From positions 1 through 54,795 of the forward strand of contig JAICKJ010000001.1 of NCBI GenBank assembly GCA_025928015.1: a stretch of 54,795 bases of DNA, written 5' to 3'. Positions within the stretch are counted from its first letter, which is position 1. Each line of letters begins with the position of its first letter. The notes under the pieces were generated by a model that saw only the letters and a list, made by a program, of their open reading frames with translations, had not been told where the DNA came from and did no database searches. This document shows, piece by piece, positions 1 through 8,149 of this stretch. The stretch is from Thermomicrobiales bacterium. Lineage in GTDB: Bacteria; Chloroflexota; Chloroflexia; Thermomicrobiales; UBA6265. The position numbers and the translations under genes were made by a program.

Positions 1-41
1 ATAGTCTCGTCTCAGGACGAGATGGCGGTCCACGGCGATGC

Positions 42-485
42 TCACGCCGTGCGCTGGAAGGACTGGATCAGGAAGCGACGGGTCTGGGTATCGCGCAGGA
101 GGAGGCCGGCCCAGACGAGCAGACCGAGCACGACCGGGAAGACGAACGACTGCTCCACCCGGAGCTGAGCCGCGGTCGCGCCGCCGAGGTAACCGGTCAA
201 CAGGACCGCGCCAATCAATCCCGTGCGGGGGATCGTCCAGAGCGCGGTGCAGACGAGCAGGATCAGACCGATCCAGTGAATCTGATGCGACGGGTAGCCG
301 AGATCGACGGTTCCGTTGACAGCCGGGTCCAGCCGCAGCGCCTTCATGGCGCCATCGACGAGCAGGAAGACCAGGACGAAGGCGGAGATCACCCGTCCGC
401 TCCACAGGCTCCACAGGAGATTGCGCGGTTGCGTCAACGGCGCGCGTTCTGCCCGGTTGGTGCGCTGCATCGCTTGCTGGCCCAT
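42..485 (-). CDS. DoxX-like family membrane protein (147 aa)
   Basis: The ORF has four hydrophobic segments. The run 'IPRTGLIGAVLLTGYLGGATAAQLRV' is typical of DoxX-like proteins. A purine-rich SD (AGGGGAGGGGGAA) lies just upstream of the ATG at 485. Confidence 0.6.
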   Translation of the reverse strand: MGQQAMQRTNRAERAPLTQPRNLLWSLWSGRVISAFVLVFLLVDGAMKALRLDPAVNGTVDLGYPSHQIHWIGLILLVCTALWTIPRTGLIGAVLLTGYLGGATAAQLRVEQSFVFPVVLGLLVWAGLLLRDTQTRRFLIQSFQRTA

Positions 486-607
486 TCGTTCCCCCTCCCC
501 TTCTGCTCAAGGAAACTTGATCGGGCGGTTCTGATCCGATCATAGACGGGCAGCGATGGGAGCCGCTTCTTCGATCTTGCCGTTCCTGTCGAGATCGCCG
601 GCGCGCC

Positions 608-720
608 GGCTAGCGGTTTTGATGCCGGGGGTCGAAGGCGTCGCGCAGACCGTCGCCCATCAGATTGAAGGCGAGCACGGTGACGAAGATCGCCATGCCC
701 GGGAAGAAGGTCGGCCACCA
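608..720 (-). pseudogene. C-terminal remnant of a DppC/OppC-type ABC permease (about 37 codons, no start codon)
   Basis: My own minus-strand translation gives [36 protein letters not shown]. This matches the C-terminus of the intact permease at 3553..4482 ([36 protein letters not shown]). Similarity stops abruptly upstream of WWP. Confidence 0.6.
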
Positions 721-876
721 AGCGAAGCTATGCTCGCAATGGAGCCTCGTGCCGGTGACCACCCTGGCAAATAAGCTCCGCTGAGCCAGCGTAACAGCTT
801 GACAGGGTCCCGGCTGCCGAGTACCGTGCCCAGAGAAGCGGCATCCTATGGCGACCAGAGGCGGAGGTGACCACCC

Positions 877-2517
877 ATGAGCGACGAGACGAGTCCGCGC
901 GGGCGGGTCGACGTTTCACGACGTGCCTTCCTGGGTGGCATGGCTGCAACCGCGGCCGCGGCCATCCTCCCCACGGCGAGCCAGGCGGCCAGCTCGACAC
1001 AGTCGGCGCAGCCCAAACCGGGCGGCAGCATTCTCATCGGCACGCTCGGTGAGGCAAACACGATCAATCCCTTCGCCTCCGCCGACTCAGAGGGGGACAT
1101 TCGCGTCAAGATGCTCTTCGATGAGCTGGTGCGCCTCGATCCCAAAACGCTCGTGCCGAAACCGTCCCTCGCCAAGTCATGGAAGATCGCCGGCAATACG
1201 TTCACGTTCACCTTGCAGGATGCGACGTTCTCGGATGGGTCCCCGCTCACGGCCGACGATGTCGCCTTCACCATGAAAGGCATCCTCGCCAAAGCCACCG
1301 CCAGCCCGAGACAGACGTATCTCCTCTCGATCCAGGGCGCGAAGGACTACGCCGCGGGCACCGCTCAGGACGTCGCGGGCATCAAGGTCGCCGACCCGAA
1401 AACGCTCGTCGTCACACTGGCCCAGCCGGATGCCTCCTTTCTCGCCAATATGCGCTTCGTCAGTCCGGTGCCGATGAAGCTGCTGCAAGGCAAGGATCTC
1501 TCGCGGGCTTCGCATGAGTCTTTTTTCCAGCATCCGGTCGGGGCGGGCGCGTTCACGTTTGTCTCCTGGAACATCGGCGGCGATTTCGTGGCGGCGCGCA
1601 ATCCGCACTACTTTGAGAGCGGGCTGCCCTATTTGGATAAAGTCACGTACCGTGTCATTCCGGACGCCCAAAGCCTCGTCAATTCATTGCTCTCGGGCGA
1701 CATTGACGGCTCCCTCTATCCCAGTCCCGCGGGCGCCGACAAGCTGAAGGCGAACAAGGATCTTGCCGTGCTCGTCCCGCCCTTCAGCGCGCCGGACGGC
1801 TGGCAGTTCAACTTCAGGAATCCGTACCTGGCCAAGCAAGAAGTCCGCATGGCGGTGGCGATGGCGCTCGACATGAATCAGTTTGCCAAGGACTCCCTCT
1901 ATGGCCTCGGCAAGCCGGGTCTCGGCCCGATCGCGCCGAGCAACTATGCCTTCGACAAGGATCTTCAGCCGATCCCCTACGATCCCGACCGGGCGAAGGC
2001 GCTCCTGAAGCAAGCGGGGACACCACCGAGCGGTTTGCGCTTCACCGTCAACCAGGGCAACGTGCTACGCGAGGACTTTCTCACCTATACCCAAGCGAAA
2101 CTCCAGGAGATCGGCTGGAATATCAAACCGGAAGTAATCGAGTATGCGACAGCCGTGAGTCGCGTGCAGACGGGCGACTTCGACGTGGCCGAGTCGAACA
2201 TGGCCTCCGGCGGCGCGAGCATCGATCCTTCGGATTTGGGGCTGATTTTCGGAACAGGACAATCGCAGAACTACAGCAAGTACAGCAACCCGAAGCTGGA
2301 CACGCTGCTCGCGCAGGCGAAACAGGAACTGGACATCGAGAAGCAGAAGCCGCTCTACGCCCAGATCCAGAAGATCCTGATGCAGGATCTGCCAACCTGG
2401 TTCGCCTGGTATCGACCATTCCTGTACGTCGCCAAGAGCAAGTTCGCGGGCTACGTCGCGACCCTGGATACCGGTGGCATCTTCAGTGAAATCGAGAAGA
2501 TGTACATCAAGGAGTAG
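877..2517 (+). CDS. ABC transporter substrate-binding protein, family 5 (peptide/nickel type), Tat signal
   Basis: 546 aa. The N-terminus '[19 protein letters not shown]' is a twin-arginine signal. Length and sequence are DppA/OppA-like, and two permease genes follow. Confidence 0.9.
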   Translation: MSDETSPRGRVDVSRRAFLGGMAATAAAAILPTASQAASSTQSAQPKPGGSILIGTLGEANTINPFASADSEGDIRVKMLFDELVRLDPKTLVPKPSLAKSWKIAGNTFTFTLQDATFSDGSPLTADDVAFTMKGILAKATASPRQTYLLSIQGAKDYAAGTAQDVAGIKVADPKTLVVTLAQPDASFLANMRFVSPVPMKLLQGKDLSRASHESFFQHPVGAGAFTFVSWNIGGDFVAARNPHYFESGLPYLDKVTYRVIPDAQSLVNSLLSGDIDGSLYPSPAGADKLKANKDLAVLVPPFSAPDGWQFNFRNPYLAKQEVRMAVAMALDMNQFAKDSLYGLGKPGLGPIAPSNYAFDKDLQPIPYDPDRAKALLKQAGTPPSGLRFTVNQGNVLREDFLTYTQAKLQEIGWNIKPEVIEYATAVSRVQTGDFDVAESNMASGGASIDPSDLGLIFGTGQSQNYSKYSNPKLDTLLAQAKQELDIEKQKPLYAQIQKILMQDLPTWFAWYRPFLYVAKSKFAGYVATLDTGGIFSEIEKMYIKE

Positions 2518-2561
2518 GCCACGGCCGGCGGGCATGCGGGAATCAGGACAGGACTCTTTCG

Positions 2562-3542
2562 GTGAGCAGTCTCGGAGCCTACATCCTGCGGCGTTTGTTG
2601 CTGACCATCCCGCTCTTGTTCGGACTCTCGCTCTTCATGTTTGTGCTCATCCACCTTGCCCCTGGCGATCCCGTGCGGGCCTTCGTTTCGCAGCCGGGCG
2701 TGGATCCGAGTTTCATTGCCCAAGCACGCCATAACCTTGGCCTCGACCAGCCGCTCCCGGTTCAGTATGCGCGCTACGTCGGACACCTCCTCCGTGGAGA
2801 CTTCGGCACAGCCTATACCTTCAACAGCACGCCTGTCCTGACCTTGATCAAAGCGCGCGTGGGCGCCACCATTCTCCTTCAGGGGGTCTCGCTCGCACTG
2901 GCTCTGCTCATCGCTATTCCGCTCGGCATCCTCTCGGCGACCCGGCAGTACAGCTTTCTGGACAACACGACGACCATCGGCTCCTTCATCGGGCTGGCCA
3001 TTCCGAACTTCTGGCTCGCCTTGCTCTTGCAACTGTACCTGAGCGTCAAGCTCGGCTGGCTGCCGACCATCAGCACCGGGGAGGCAACGGCGCCGCTGCC
3101 GGGCCGCATCAGGTATTTCGTCATGCCGGTGATCGTGCTTGCGTTCCCGTCGGTCGCCTATTTCGTCCGCTTTATGCGCTCGGCGATGCTCGAAGTGCTC
3201 CGCCAGGATTACATGACCAGCGCGCGTGCCAAGGGTCTCAGTCCGCGAGTCGTGCTCTACCGGCACGGGCTACGCAACGCCCTCGTCCCGATGATCACGG
3301 TGACTGGCCTGCAGCTGGCGCAAATCCTCGGTGGCGCGGTGATCATTGAGCAGATCTTCGCCTGGCCCGGGCTTGGTCAGTTGGTTTACCAGGCCATCAC
3401 CCAGCGCGACTACCCCGTCATCCTCGGGGTGACGGAGATCTCCGGCGCCTTCGTCATCGTCGTCAGCATCCTGATCGATGTCCTCTATGTCGTGGTGGAT
3501 CCGCGCATCTCGCTCGCCCAGCAGGCCACGGCACGTGGATAG
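2562..3542 (+). CDS. ABC transporter permease (DppB/OppB-like)
   Basis: 326 aa, polytopic. The N-terminus 'ILRRLLLTIPLLFGLSLFMFVLIHLAPGDP' and the EAA-loop region 'YMTSARAKGLS' are typical of this family. Confidence 0.9.
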   Translation: MSSLGAYILRRLLLTIPLLFGLSLFMFVLIHLAPGDPVRAFVSQPGVDPSFIAQARHNLGLDQPLPVQYARYVGHLLRGDFGTAYTFNSTPVLTLIKARVGATILLQGVSLALALLIAIPLGILSATRQYSFLDNTTTIGSFIGLAIPNFWLALLLQLYLSVKLGWLPTISTGEATAPLPGRIRYFVMPVIVLAFPSVAYFVRFMRSAMLEVLRQDYMTSARAKGLSPRVVLYRHGLRNALVPMITVTGLQLAQILGGAVIIEQIFAWPGLGQLVYQAITQRDYPVILGVTEISGAFVIVVSILIDVLYVVVDPRISLAQQATARG

Positions 3543-3552
3543 CAAACGCACA

Positions 3553-4482
3553 ATGGTGCAGAAGACGTCGGACCGCGTGCGGCAACAGGCCCTCCCGCCC
3601 ATTGAGGCGGAACGAAGCCACGCGCTGCTGCGTCCGCGCCGGGGTCTGGTGCTGCGCCGCTTTTTCGACAACAGGCTGGCAGTCGCTGGGCTGGTCGTCG
3701 TGGTGCTCTTCTACGCAGTCGCGGTCGCCGCGCCCTTGATCTCCCGCGACAATCCGGACGCGCTCAATCCGGGGCAGCGATCGCAACCGCCGTCGGTGGC
3801 CCATTGGCTCGGCACGGACCGGAATACCCGCGACGAGTACGCACGACTGATCCTTGGCTCACGCATCTCGCTGAGTGTCGGCACGACGGCAGTGCTCATT
3901 CTCATGACGTGCGGAACGGCGCTGGGGGCACTGGCTGGGTACTTTGGCGGCTGGGTGGACACACTCATCATGCGCTCCACTGACATCCTTTTGGCTATCC
4001 CGCAGATTCTCTTGCTCATTGCCGCGGCGGCGCTCTTTAGTCAAGATAATAGCCTCGCCGTGACCATCATCGTGATCGGACTGACCAGTTGGCCCGGGAC
4101 GGCTCGACTCGTGCGCGGGCAATTTCTCAGCCTCAAGGATCAGGAATTCATCACGGCCGCACGGACAATCGGGGCGACACCGGCACAGATTATCTGGCGG
4201 CACCTCTTCCCGAACGCCTTGGCGGTCATCATCGTCCAGGCGACGGTCTGGCTCGCCTATGCGATTCTTTTGGAAGCGAGTCTCTCCTACCTCGGTCTCG
4301 GCGTCCAGATCCCGACCCCATCGTGGGGCAATATGCTCCAGCAAGGGCAATCTGAGCTCGTGAACGGTGCGTGGTGGCTGACGGTCTTCCCGGGACTCGC
4401 GATCTTCTTCATCACCTTGGCGTTTAATCTGATGGGTGACGGTCTGCGCGACGCGCTCGACCCGCGACTACGCCACTCATGA
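3553..4482 (+). CDS. ABC transporter permease (DppC/OppC-like)
   Basis: This is the frame of track ORF 3478..4482. The internal ATG at 3553 follows the upstream stop by 11 nt. The sequence carries 'FITAARTIGATP' and the C-terminal '[15 protein letters not shown]'. Confidence 0.85.
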   Translation: MVQKTSDRVRQQALPPIEAERSHALLRPRRGLVLRRFFDNRLAVAGLVVVVLFYAVAVAAPLISRDNPDALNPGQRSQPPSVAHWLGTDRNTRDEYARLILGSRISLSVGTTAVLILMTCGTALGALAGYFGGWVDTLIMRSTDILLAIPQILLLIAAAALFSQDNSLAVTIIVIGLTSWPGTARLVRGQFLSLKDQEFITAARTIGATPAQIIWRHLFPNALAVIIVQATVWLAYAILLEASLSYLGLGVQIPTPSWGNMLQQGQSELVNGAWWLTVFPGLAIFFITLAFNLMGDGLRDALDPRLRHS

Positions 4483-4804
4483 GACTGGCTGTACTGGCGG
4501 TCAAGAAGGGGCATATGCGCGAGAGTCTGGCCGCCGCCTTCGCTGCCCCCGATCTCCGTCGCCTCACCAGTGTCCCCTGCCCGTTGCCCGCCATCCCGAT
4601 CAGGCCGTCACCCTGCTCGCGCTACCTCTCACTCGCGCATAAGACCTGGGTGCGACCTGTGGACGGATGACAACCGGCTGATCCGCGCCGTCCAGCACCG
4701 GCCTGCCGTTCGTGCGGTCGTTGAGCGAGTACGATTCCGCCCATTGAGGCGCCGCGTTGCCGCATGGCGCCCATGCTCGATCGTCGTGACCGAAGGGTGA
4801 ACGC

Positions 4805-6466
4805 GTGGACGACGAACGGCCCGGCCGTTCATGGGTGGCGGCATGGCGTGTGCGCCTGGCGGTGACGCGGCGGGCGCTAACCCGTTGGAGCGCGCCGGGC
4901 GTCGTGCCCGGCCGGATCGCCTATCTCGTCGCGCTTGCCGCGCTCGCCGTGCTTACGCTGGCGATGTTCCTCGTCCGCCAGCAGCTCGGGGTGCTGAACC
5001 TCACCCTCCTGTACCTGTTGCTCATCTTCGTGCTGGCGCTCTCGCTCGGCGTCGGTCCGGCGGTCCTCGCGGCCATTCTCGGCTTTCTCGCCTTCGACTT
5101 CTTCTTCCTGCCGCCGCTTTTCACCCTGACGATCAACCGGCCGGACCACGTCCTGGCCCTCTTCGTCTACCTCGGCATCGCCATTACCACCGGCGTCCTC
5201 GTCGCCCGCGTGCGCACCCGGACCGAGCTGGCGTTGCGGGAGCAACGCCGCACCGCCTTGCTCTATGACCTCAATTCGGCGCTGGTGCGGGATGTCACAC
5301 TCGACCAAATCCTGCCGACCATCGTCGCGCGGGTGGTGGAGGTCTATGGCTCGCAGGCGTGCCGGATCCTGCTGCCCGACGAGGATGGCAACTTGACGGT
5401 GCGCGCGCGCTTCCCACCGTCGGCGCCGGACCGGATCGACCGCCAGTCGCTGGCAATGGCCGGGGAAGCCGTCGCGCGGCGCTCCCCCGTTGGATTGGGG
5501 AGCACGCCGCGGATCGTGCTGCCCCACGGCGCCCGCCTGCCCCGGCGCACCTGGATCCCGCGTGAACGCGACGTGCTCTTCCTGCCGATCGCCGCCAGCG
5601 ACCGGGTCGTCGGCGTCCTCGAGGTGCAGGGGCGGCCCGGCGGTGGGCGGTTCGCTGCGGAGGACGAACGGTTGCTCGCCAGCTTCGCCGATCAGGCGGC
5701 GCTCGCCATCGAACGGGTCCGGTTGACCGAAGAGGCCACCCGCGCCGCCGTCCTGGCGCAGTCCGATAATCTCAAGTCCGCGCTGCTGTCCGCGGTGTCG
5801 CACGATTTGCGGACGCCGCTGGCGGCGATCAAGGCCTCCGCGACGGCGTTGCTCGACAATCAGGTGGACTGGACGCCGGAGGCGCGCGCCGAGCTGCTCG
5901 CCGCCATCGATGCGGAAACGGATCGCCTGACGTTGATGGTGAGCAATCTGCTCGACCTGTCGCGGATCGAAGGGGGCGCCCTGCGGCCGGATCGTGATTG
6001 GCACGACCTGGCGGAGCTGACCCACGATGCGGTGACGCGCACATGTGCCCAGACGGCCGGCCACCCGATCAGGGTGGATTTGCCGCTCGACCTGCCGCTG
6101 GTCTGGCTTGACTATGTCGAGATCGGGCAGGTGCTGGTGAATCTCCTCGTCAACGCCGCCAAATACACGCCGGCAGGCACGCCGATCGTCGTCAGCGCCC
6201 GTCGCGTGGACGGGGAGGTCGTGGTTGCCGTCGCGGATCAGGGTCCCGGGATACCGGCGAGCCGCTTGCCGTACATTTTTGACCGCTTCTACCGGGTCGA
6301 CGCCGGCCGGAGCCGCTCGGGCACCGGCATCGGCCTGGCCATCTGCAAGGGACTCGTGGAGGCCCATGGCGGGACGATCCGCGCCGAAAGCGTGGTGGGA
6401 AGCGGAACGACCATCACGTTCACCTTACCCATCGCGCCACCGAAGAAGGAGCAGCGTGCATCGTGA
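4805..6466 (+). CDS. kdpD: Sensor histidine kinase corresponding to the C-terminal half of KdpD (DUF4118-type membrane domain, GAF-like, HisKA, HATPase)
   Basis: 553 aa with a GTG start. The membrane block is 'LTLLYLLLIFVLALSLG...FDFFFLPP'. The H-box is 'SAVSHDLRTPL' and the ATPase G-boxes are 'DQGPGIP' and 'GTGIGLAICK'. The stop overlaps kdpE as GTGA. Confidence 0.85.
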   Translation: MDDERPGRSWVAAWRVRLAVTRRALTRWSAPGVVPGRIAYLVALAALAVLTLAMFLVRQQLGVLNLTLLYLLLIFVLALSLGVGPAVLAAILGFLAFDFFFLPPLFTLTINRPDHVLALFVYLGIAITTGVLVARVRTRTELALREQRRTALLYDLNSALVRDVTLDQILPTIVARVVEVYGSQACRILLPDEDGNLTVRARFPPSAPDRIDRQSLAMAGEAVARRSPVGLGSTPRIVLPHGARLPRRTWIPRERDVLFLPIAASDRVVGVLEVQGRPGGGRFAAEDERLLASFADQAALAIERVRLTEEATRAAVLAQSDNLKSALLSAVSHDLRTPLAAIKASATALLDNQVDWTPEARAELLAAIDAETDRLTLMVSNLLDLSRIEGGALRPDRDWHDLAELTHDAVTRTCAQTAGHPIRVDLPLDLPLVWLDYVEIGQVLVNLLVNAAKYTPAGTPIVVSARRVDGEVVVAVADQGPGIPASRLPYIFDRFYRVDAGRSRSGTGIGLAICKGLVEAHGGTIRAESVVGSGTTITFTLPIAPPKKEQRAS

Positions 6467-7149
6467 CCGGCAGCCGAGTTCTCATCGTCGATGATGAGCC
6501 GCAGATCAGGCGCGCGCTGCGGGCCGCGCTCGCCGCGCACGGATATGAGGTCGCGCTCGCGGAGGATGGCGAGCAGGCGCTTGAGATCATCCCGACCTGG
6601 ACGCCCGATCTGGTCGTGCTCGACCTCGTGATGCCGCGCAAGGACGGACTGGAGGTCGTCCGGGAAACCCGCGCCTGGAGCGATGTGCCGATCATCGTGC
6701 TCTCCGCCCGCGGGCAGGAAGGGGACAAGATCGCGGCGCTGGACCTCGGCGCGGACGATTACCTGACCAAGCCCTTCGGGATCGGCGAGCTGCTGGCGCG
6801 ACTGCGCGCGTTGCTGCGGCGACGCCGTGAACCGGCCACGCAGGCGATCACCGCGGGTGAGGTCACCATCGATCTGGAGCGGCGGCTGGTGCGGCGCGGA
6901 GATGAAGACATCCATCTGACCCCACGGGAATACGATCTCCTGGCCGTGCTGGCAACGAACGCCGGTCGCGTGCTGACGCACCGCCAGCTCCTCGAACGGG
7001 TCTGGGGTGGGTACGCCGCCGAGAACTCCCAGCAATTGCGCGTCTACATCAACTACCTCCGCCGCAAGCTGGAGCGCGAGCCATCGCGCCCGGCGATCAT
7101 CGTCACCGAGCCCGGCGTCGGCTACCGGCTGGTGCTGCCCGAATCCTGA
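6463..7149 (+). CDS. kdpE: OmpR-family response regulator KdpE
   Basis: 228 aa. The receiver carries 'LIVDDEP...DLVVLDLVMP' and the winged-helix output carries 'LTPREYDLLAVLA...GVGYRL'. It is coupled to the kinase and sits in the kdp cluster. Confidence 0.85.
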   Translation: MTGSRVLIVDDEPQIRRALRAALAAHGYEVALAEDGEQALEIIPTWTPDLVVLDLVMPRKDGLEVVRETRAWSDVPIIVLSARGQEGDKIAALDLGADDYLTKPFGIGELLARLRALLRRRREPATQAITAGEVTIDLERRLVRRGDEDIHLTPREYDLLAVLATNAGRVLTHRQLLERVWGGYAAENSQQLRVYINYLRRKLEREPSRPAIIVTEPGVGYRLVLPES

Positions 7150-7221
7150 TCGTTTTCTAACGCTCCCCGTTCCCATTCTTACGCGCCTCTAACGCCCACA
7201 TCCCTATGCTCCACACCAGTC

Positions 7222-7239
7222 GGCTCCCATATGGGAGCC
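7222..7239. promoter_or_regulatory. Perfect 18-bp palindrome GGCTCCCATATGGGAGCC upstream of the orphan receiver gene
   Basis: Read directly from the sequence. It lies 25 nt upstream of the ATG at 7265, in the 115-nt kdpE-receiver spacer. Confidence 0.3.
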
Positions 7240-7264
7240 CACGGTAGAAGGAGCGAACGGCGGG

Positions 7265-7639
7265 ATGCGCATTCTCATGGTCGAAGACGAGCCACACGTC
7301 CGCAACGCGTTGCAACGCGCGCTCGCCGCGCATGGGCACGGCGTGGCGGCGTGTGGCACCGCTGCCGACGCGCTGTCCGCGCTTCGTCAACGTCCGTTCG
7401 ACCTGCTGATCCTTGACGTGAATCTCCCCGACCGCAGCGGGTGGGCCGTGCTCCGCCAGCAAGCGAACGGGGCGTTGCCGCCGGCGATCGTCATGTCGGC
7501 GGTGGCTCCCCACAGCGCCCGCGCGCGTGAGTTCCGGCCCTACGCCGTGCTGATCAAGCCGTTCCCGATCGGTTCCCTGCTCCGCCTGGCCGATCGCGTG
7601 GCCAGCGGCGAGCCGGGGAAGGAGGTGTCCGGTGGATGA
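7265..7639 (+). CDS. Single-domain (CheY-like) response regulator, no output domain
   Basis: 124 aa. Receiver signature 'ILMVEDEP...DLLILDVNLPDRSG...LIKPF'. An AAGGAG SD lies upstream. Confidence 0.8.
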   Translation: MRILMVEDEPHVRNALQRALAAHGHGVAACGTAADALSALRQRPFDLLILDVNLPDRSGWAVLRQQANGALPPAIVMSAVAPHSARAREFRPYAVLIKPFPIGSLLRLADRVASGEPGKEVSGG

Positions 7640-7718
7640 TGTCGTTCTCCTCACCCTGACGGTTGGTTCCTTCGTCCTCATGCTGCTCTACGTGGCGGCG
7701 TGCGAGCGACTGCGATGA
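7632..7718 (+). CDS. Candidate 28-aa hydrophobic peptide, divergent KdpF-like
   Basis: Not in the ORF track because it is under 60 aa. A GTG at 7632 overlaps the receiver stop (7637-7639). The product is VDDVVLLTLTVGSFVLMLLYVAACERLR, and its tail resembles the KdpF 'YLxxALxxPExF' pattern. The stop TGA (7716-7718) overlaps the next ATG. Confidence 0.35.
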   Translation: MDDVVLLTLTVGSFVLMLLYVAACERLR

Positions 7719-8029
7719 CCGCCGACCGAGGGGCTCCACGAACGGAGCTGATCGCGGCGTGCGACGTCGTGGCCGACGACCCGAGTGTCAGCATGGCGCT
7801 CGTCGTGCTCCCGCGCCGGCTCCGCTATCGGGATCTGGGACCGTTCGCGGTGGTGCGGCAAGGGCATGAGGCGCAGCTTCACCGGCGGCTCGATGGCGGA
7901 CTCGACCTCGTCGTCCTGGACGCGGCCGCGTCCGTGGCGAGCGCCGAGGCGCCCTCCAGCTCCCATTCCACGCGCCACGCGCCCGCGTGGGTGAGGCACC
8001 TGATGCACCTGACGGAATCCGTGCGATGA
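7715..8029 (+). CDS. Hypothetical 104-aa protein embedded in the kdp operon
   Basis: This is the frame of track ORF 7700..8029. The ATG at 7715 forms an ATGA overlap with the upstream peptide stop, and its own stop forms an ATGA overlap with the kdpF start (8026). Third-position G+C is about 85% by hand count (88 of 104 codons). I recognise no domain. Confidence 0.45.
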   Translation: MTADRGAPRTELIAACDVVADDPSVSMALVVLPRRLRYRDLGPFAVVRQGHEAQLHRRLDGGLDLVVLDAAASVASAEAPSSSHSTRHAPAWVRHLMHLTESVR

Positions 8030-8115
8030 GCGCCGGCGAGTGGGGCGCGCTCGCGCTGGCGGTCCTGGCGCTCGGCTATCTGGTCTACGCGTTGCTCTGG
8101 CCCGAGCGCTTCTGA
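8026..8115 (+). CDS. kdpF: K+-transporting ATPase subunit F (29 aa)
   Basis: Not in the ORF track. The product is [29 protein letters not shown], with the canonical KdpF C-terminus '[12 protein letters not shown]'. It lies 35 nt upstream of kdpA. Confidence 0.7.
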   Translation: MSAGEWGALALAVLALGYLVYALLWPERF

Positions 8116-8149
8116 TGCGCTCGGGTCTTGGGGAGGGAGGAATGGGATC

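Noticed and set aside
4483-4804. A remnant of the missing ABC ATPase genes, or a small gene, in the 320-nt gap. One minus frame reads ...WAPCGNAAPQWAESYSLNDRTNGRPVLDG... without a start codon.
   Set aside because: There are no Walker A/B or ABC-signature relics in any frame. The listed ORFs (63-76 aa) are Pro/Arg-rich with no SD. The open minus frame has no start and I recognise no family, so support is insufficient without a database search.
7719-8025. A possible c-di-AMP (ydaO/kimA-type) riboswitch or other leader RNA in the 300 nt upstream of kdpF.
   Set aside because: I could not find the conserved ydaO core sequence blocks or a convincing pseudo-symmetric fold by eye. The region instead carries an ORF with strong GC3 bias and ATGA overlaps at both ends. 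A covariance-model scan (Rfam ydaO-yuaA) would settle this.
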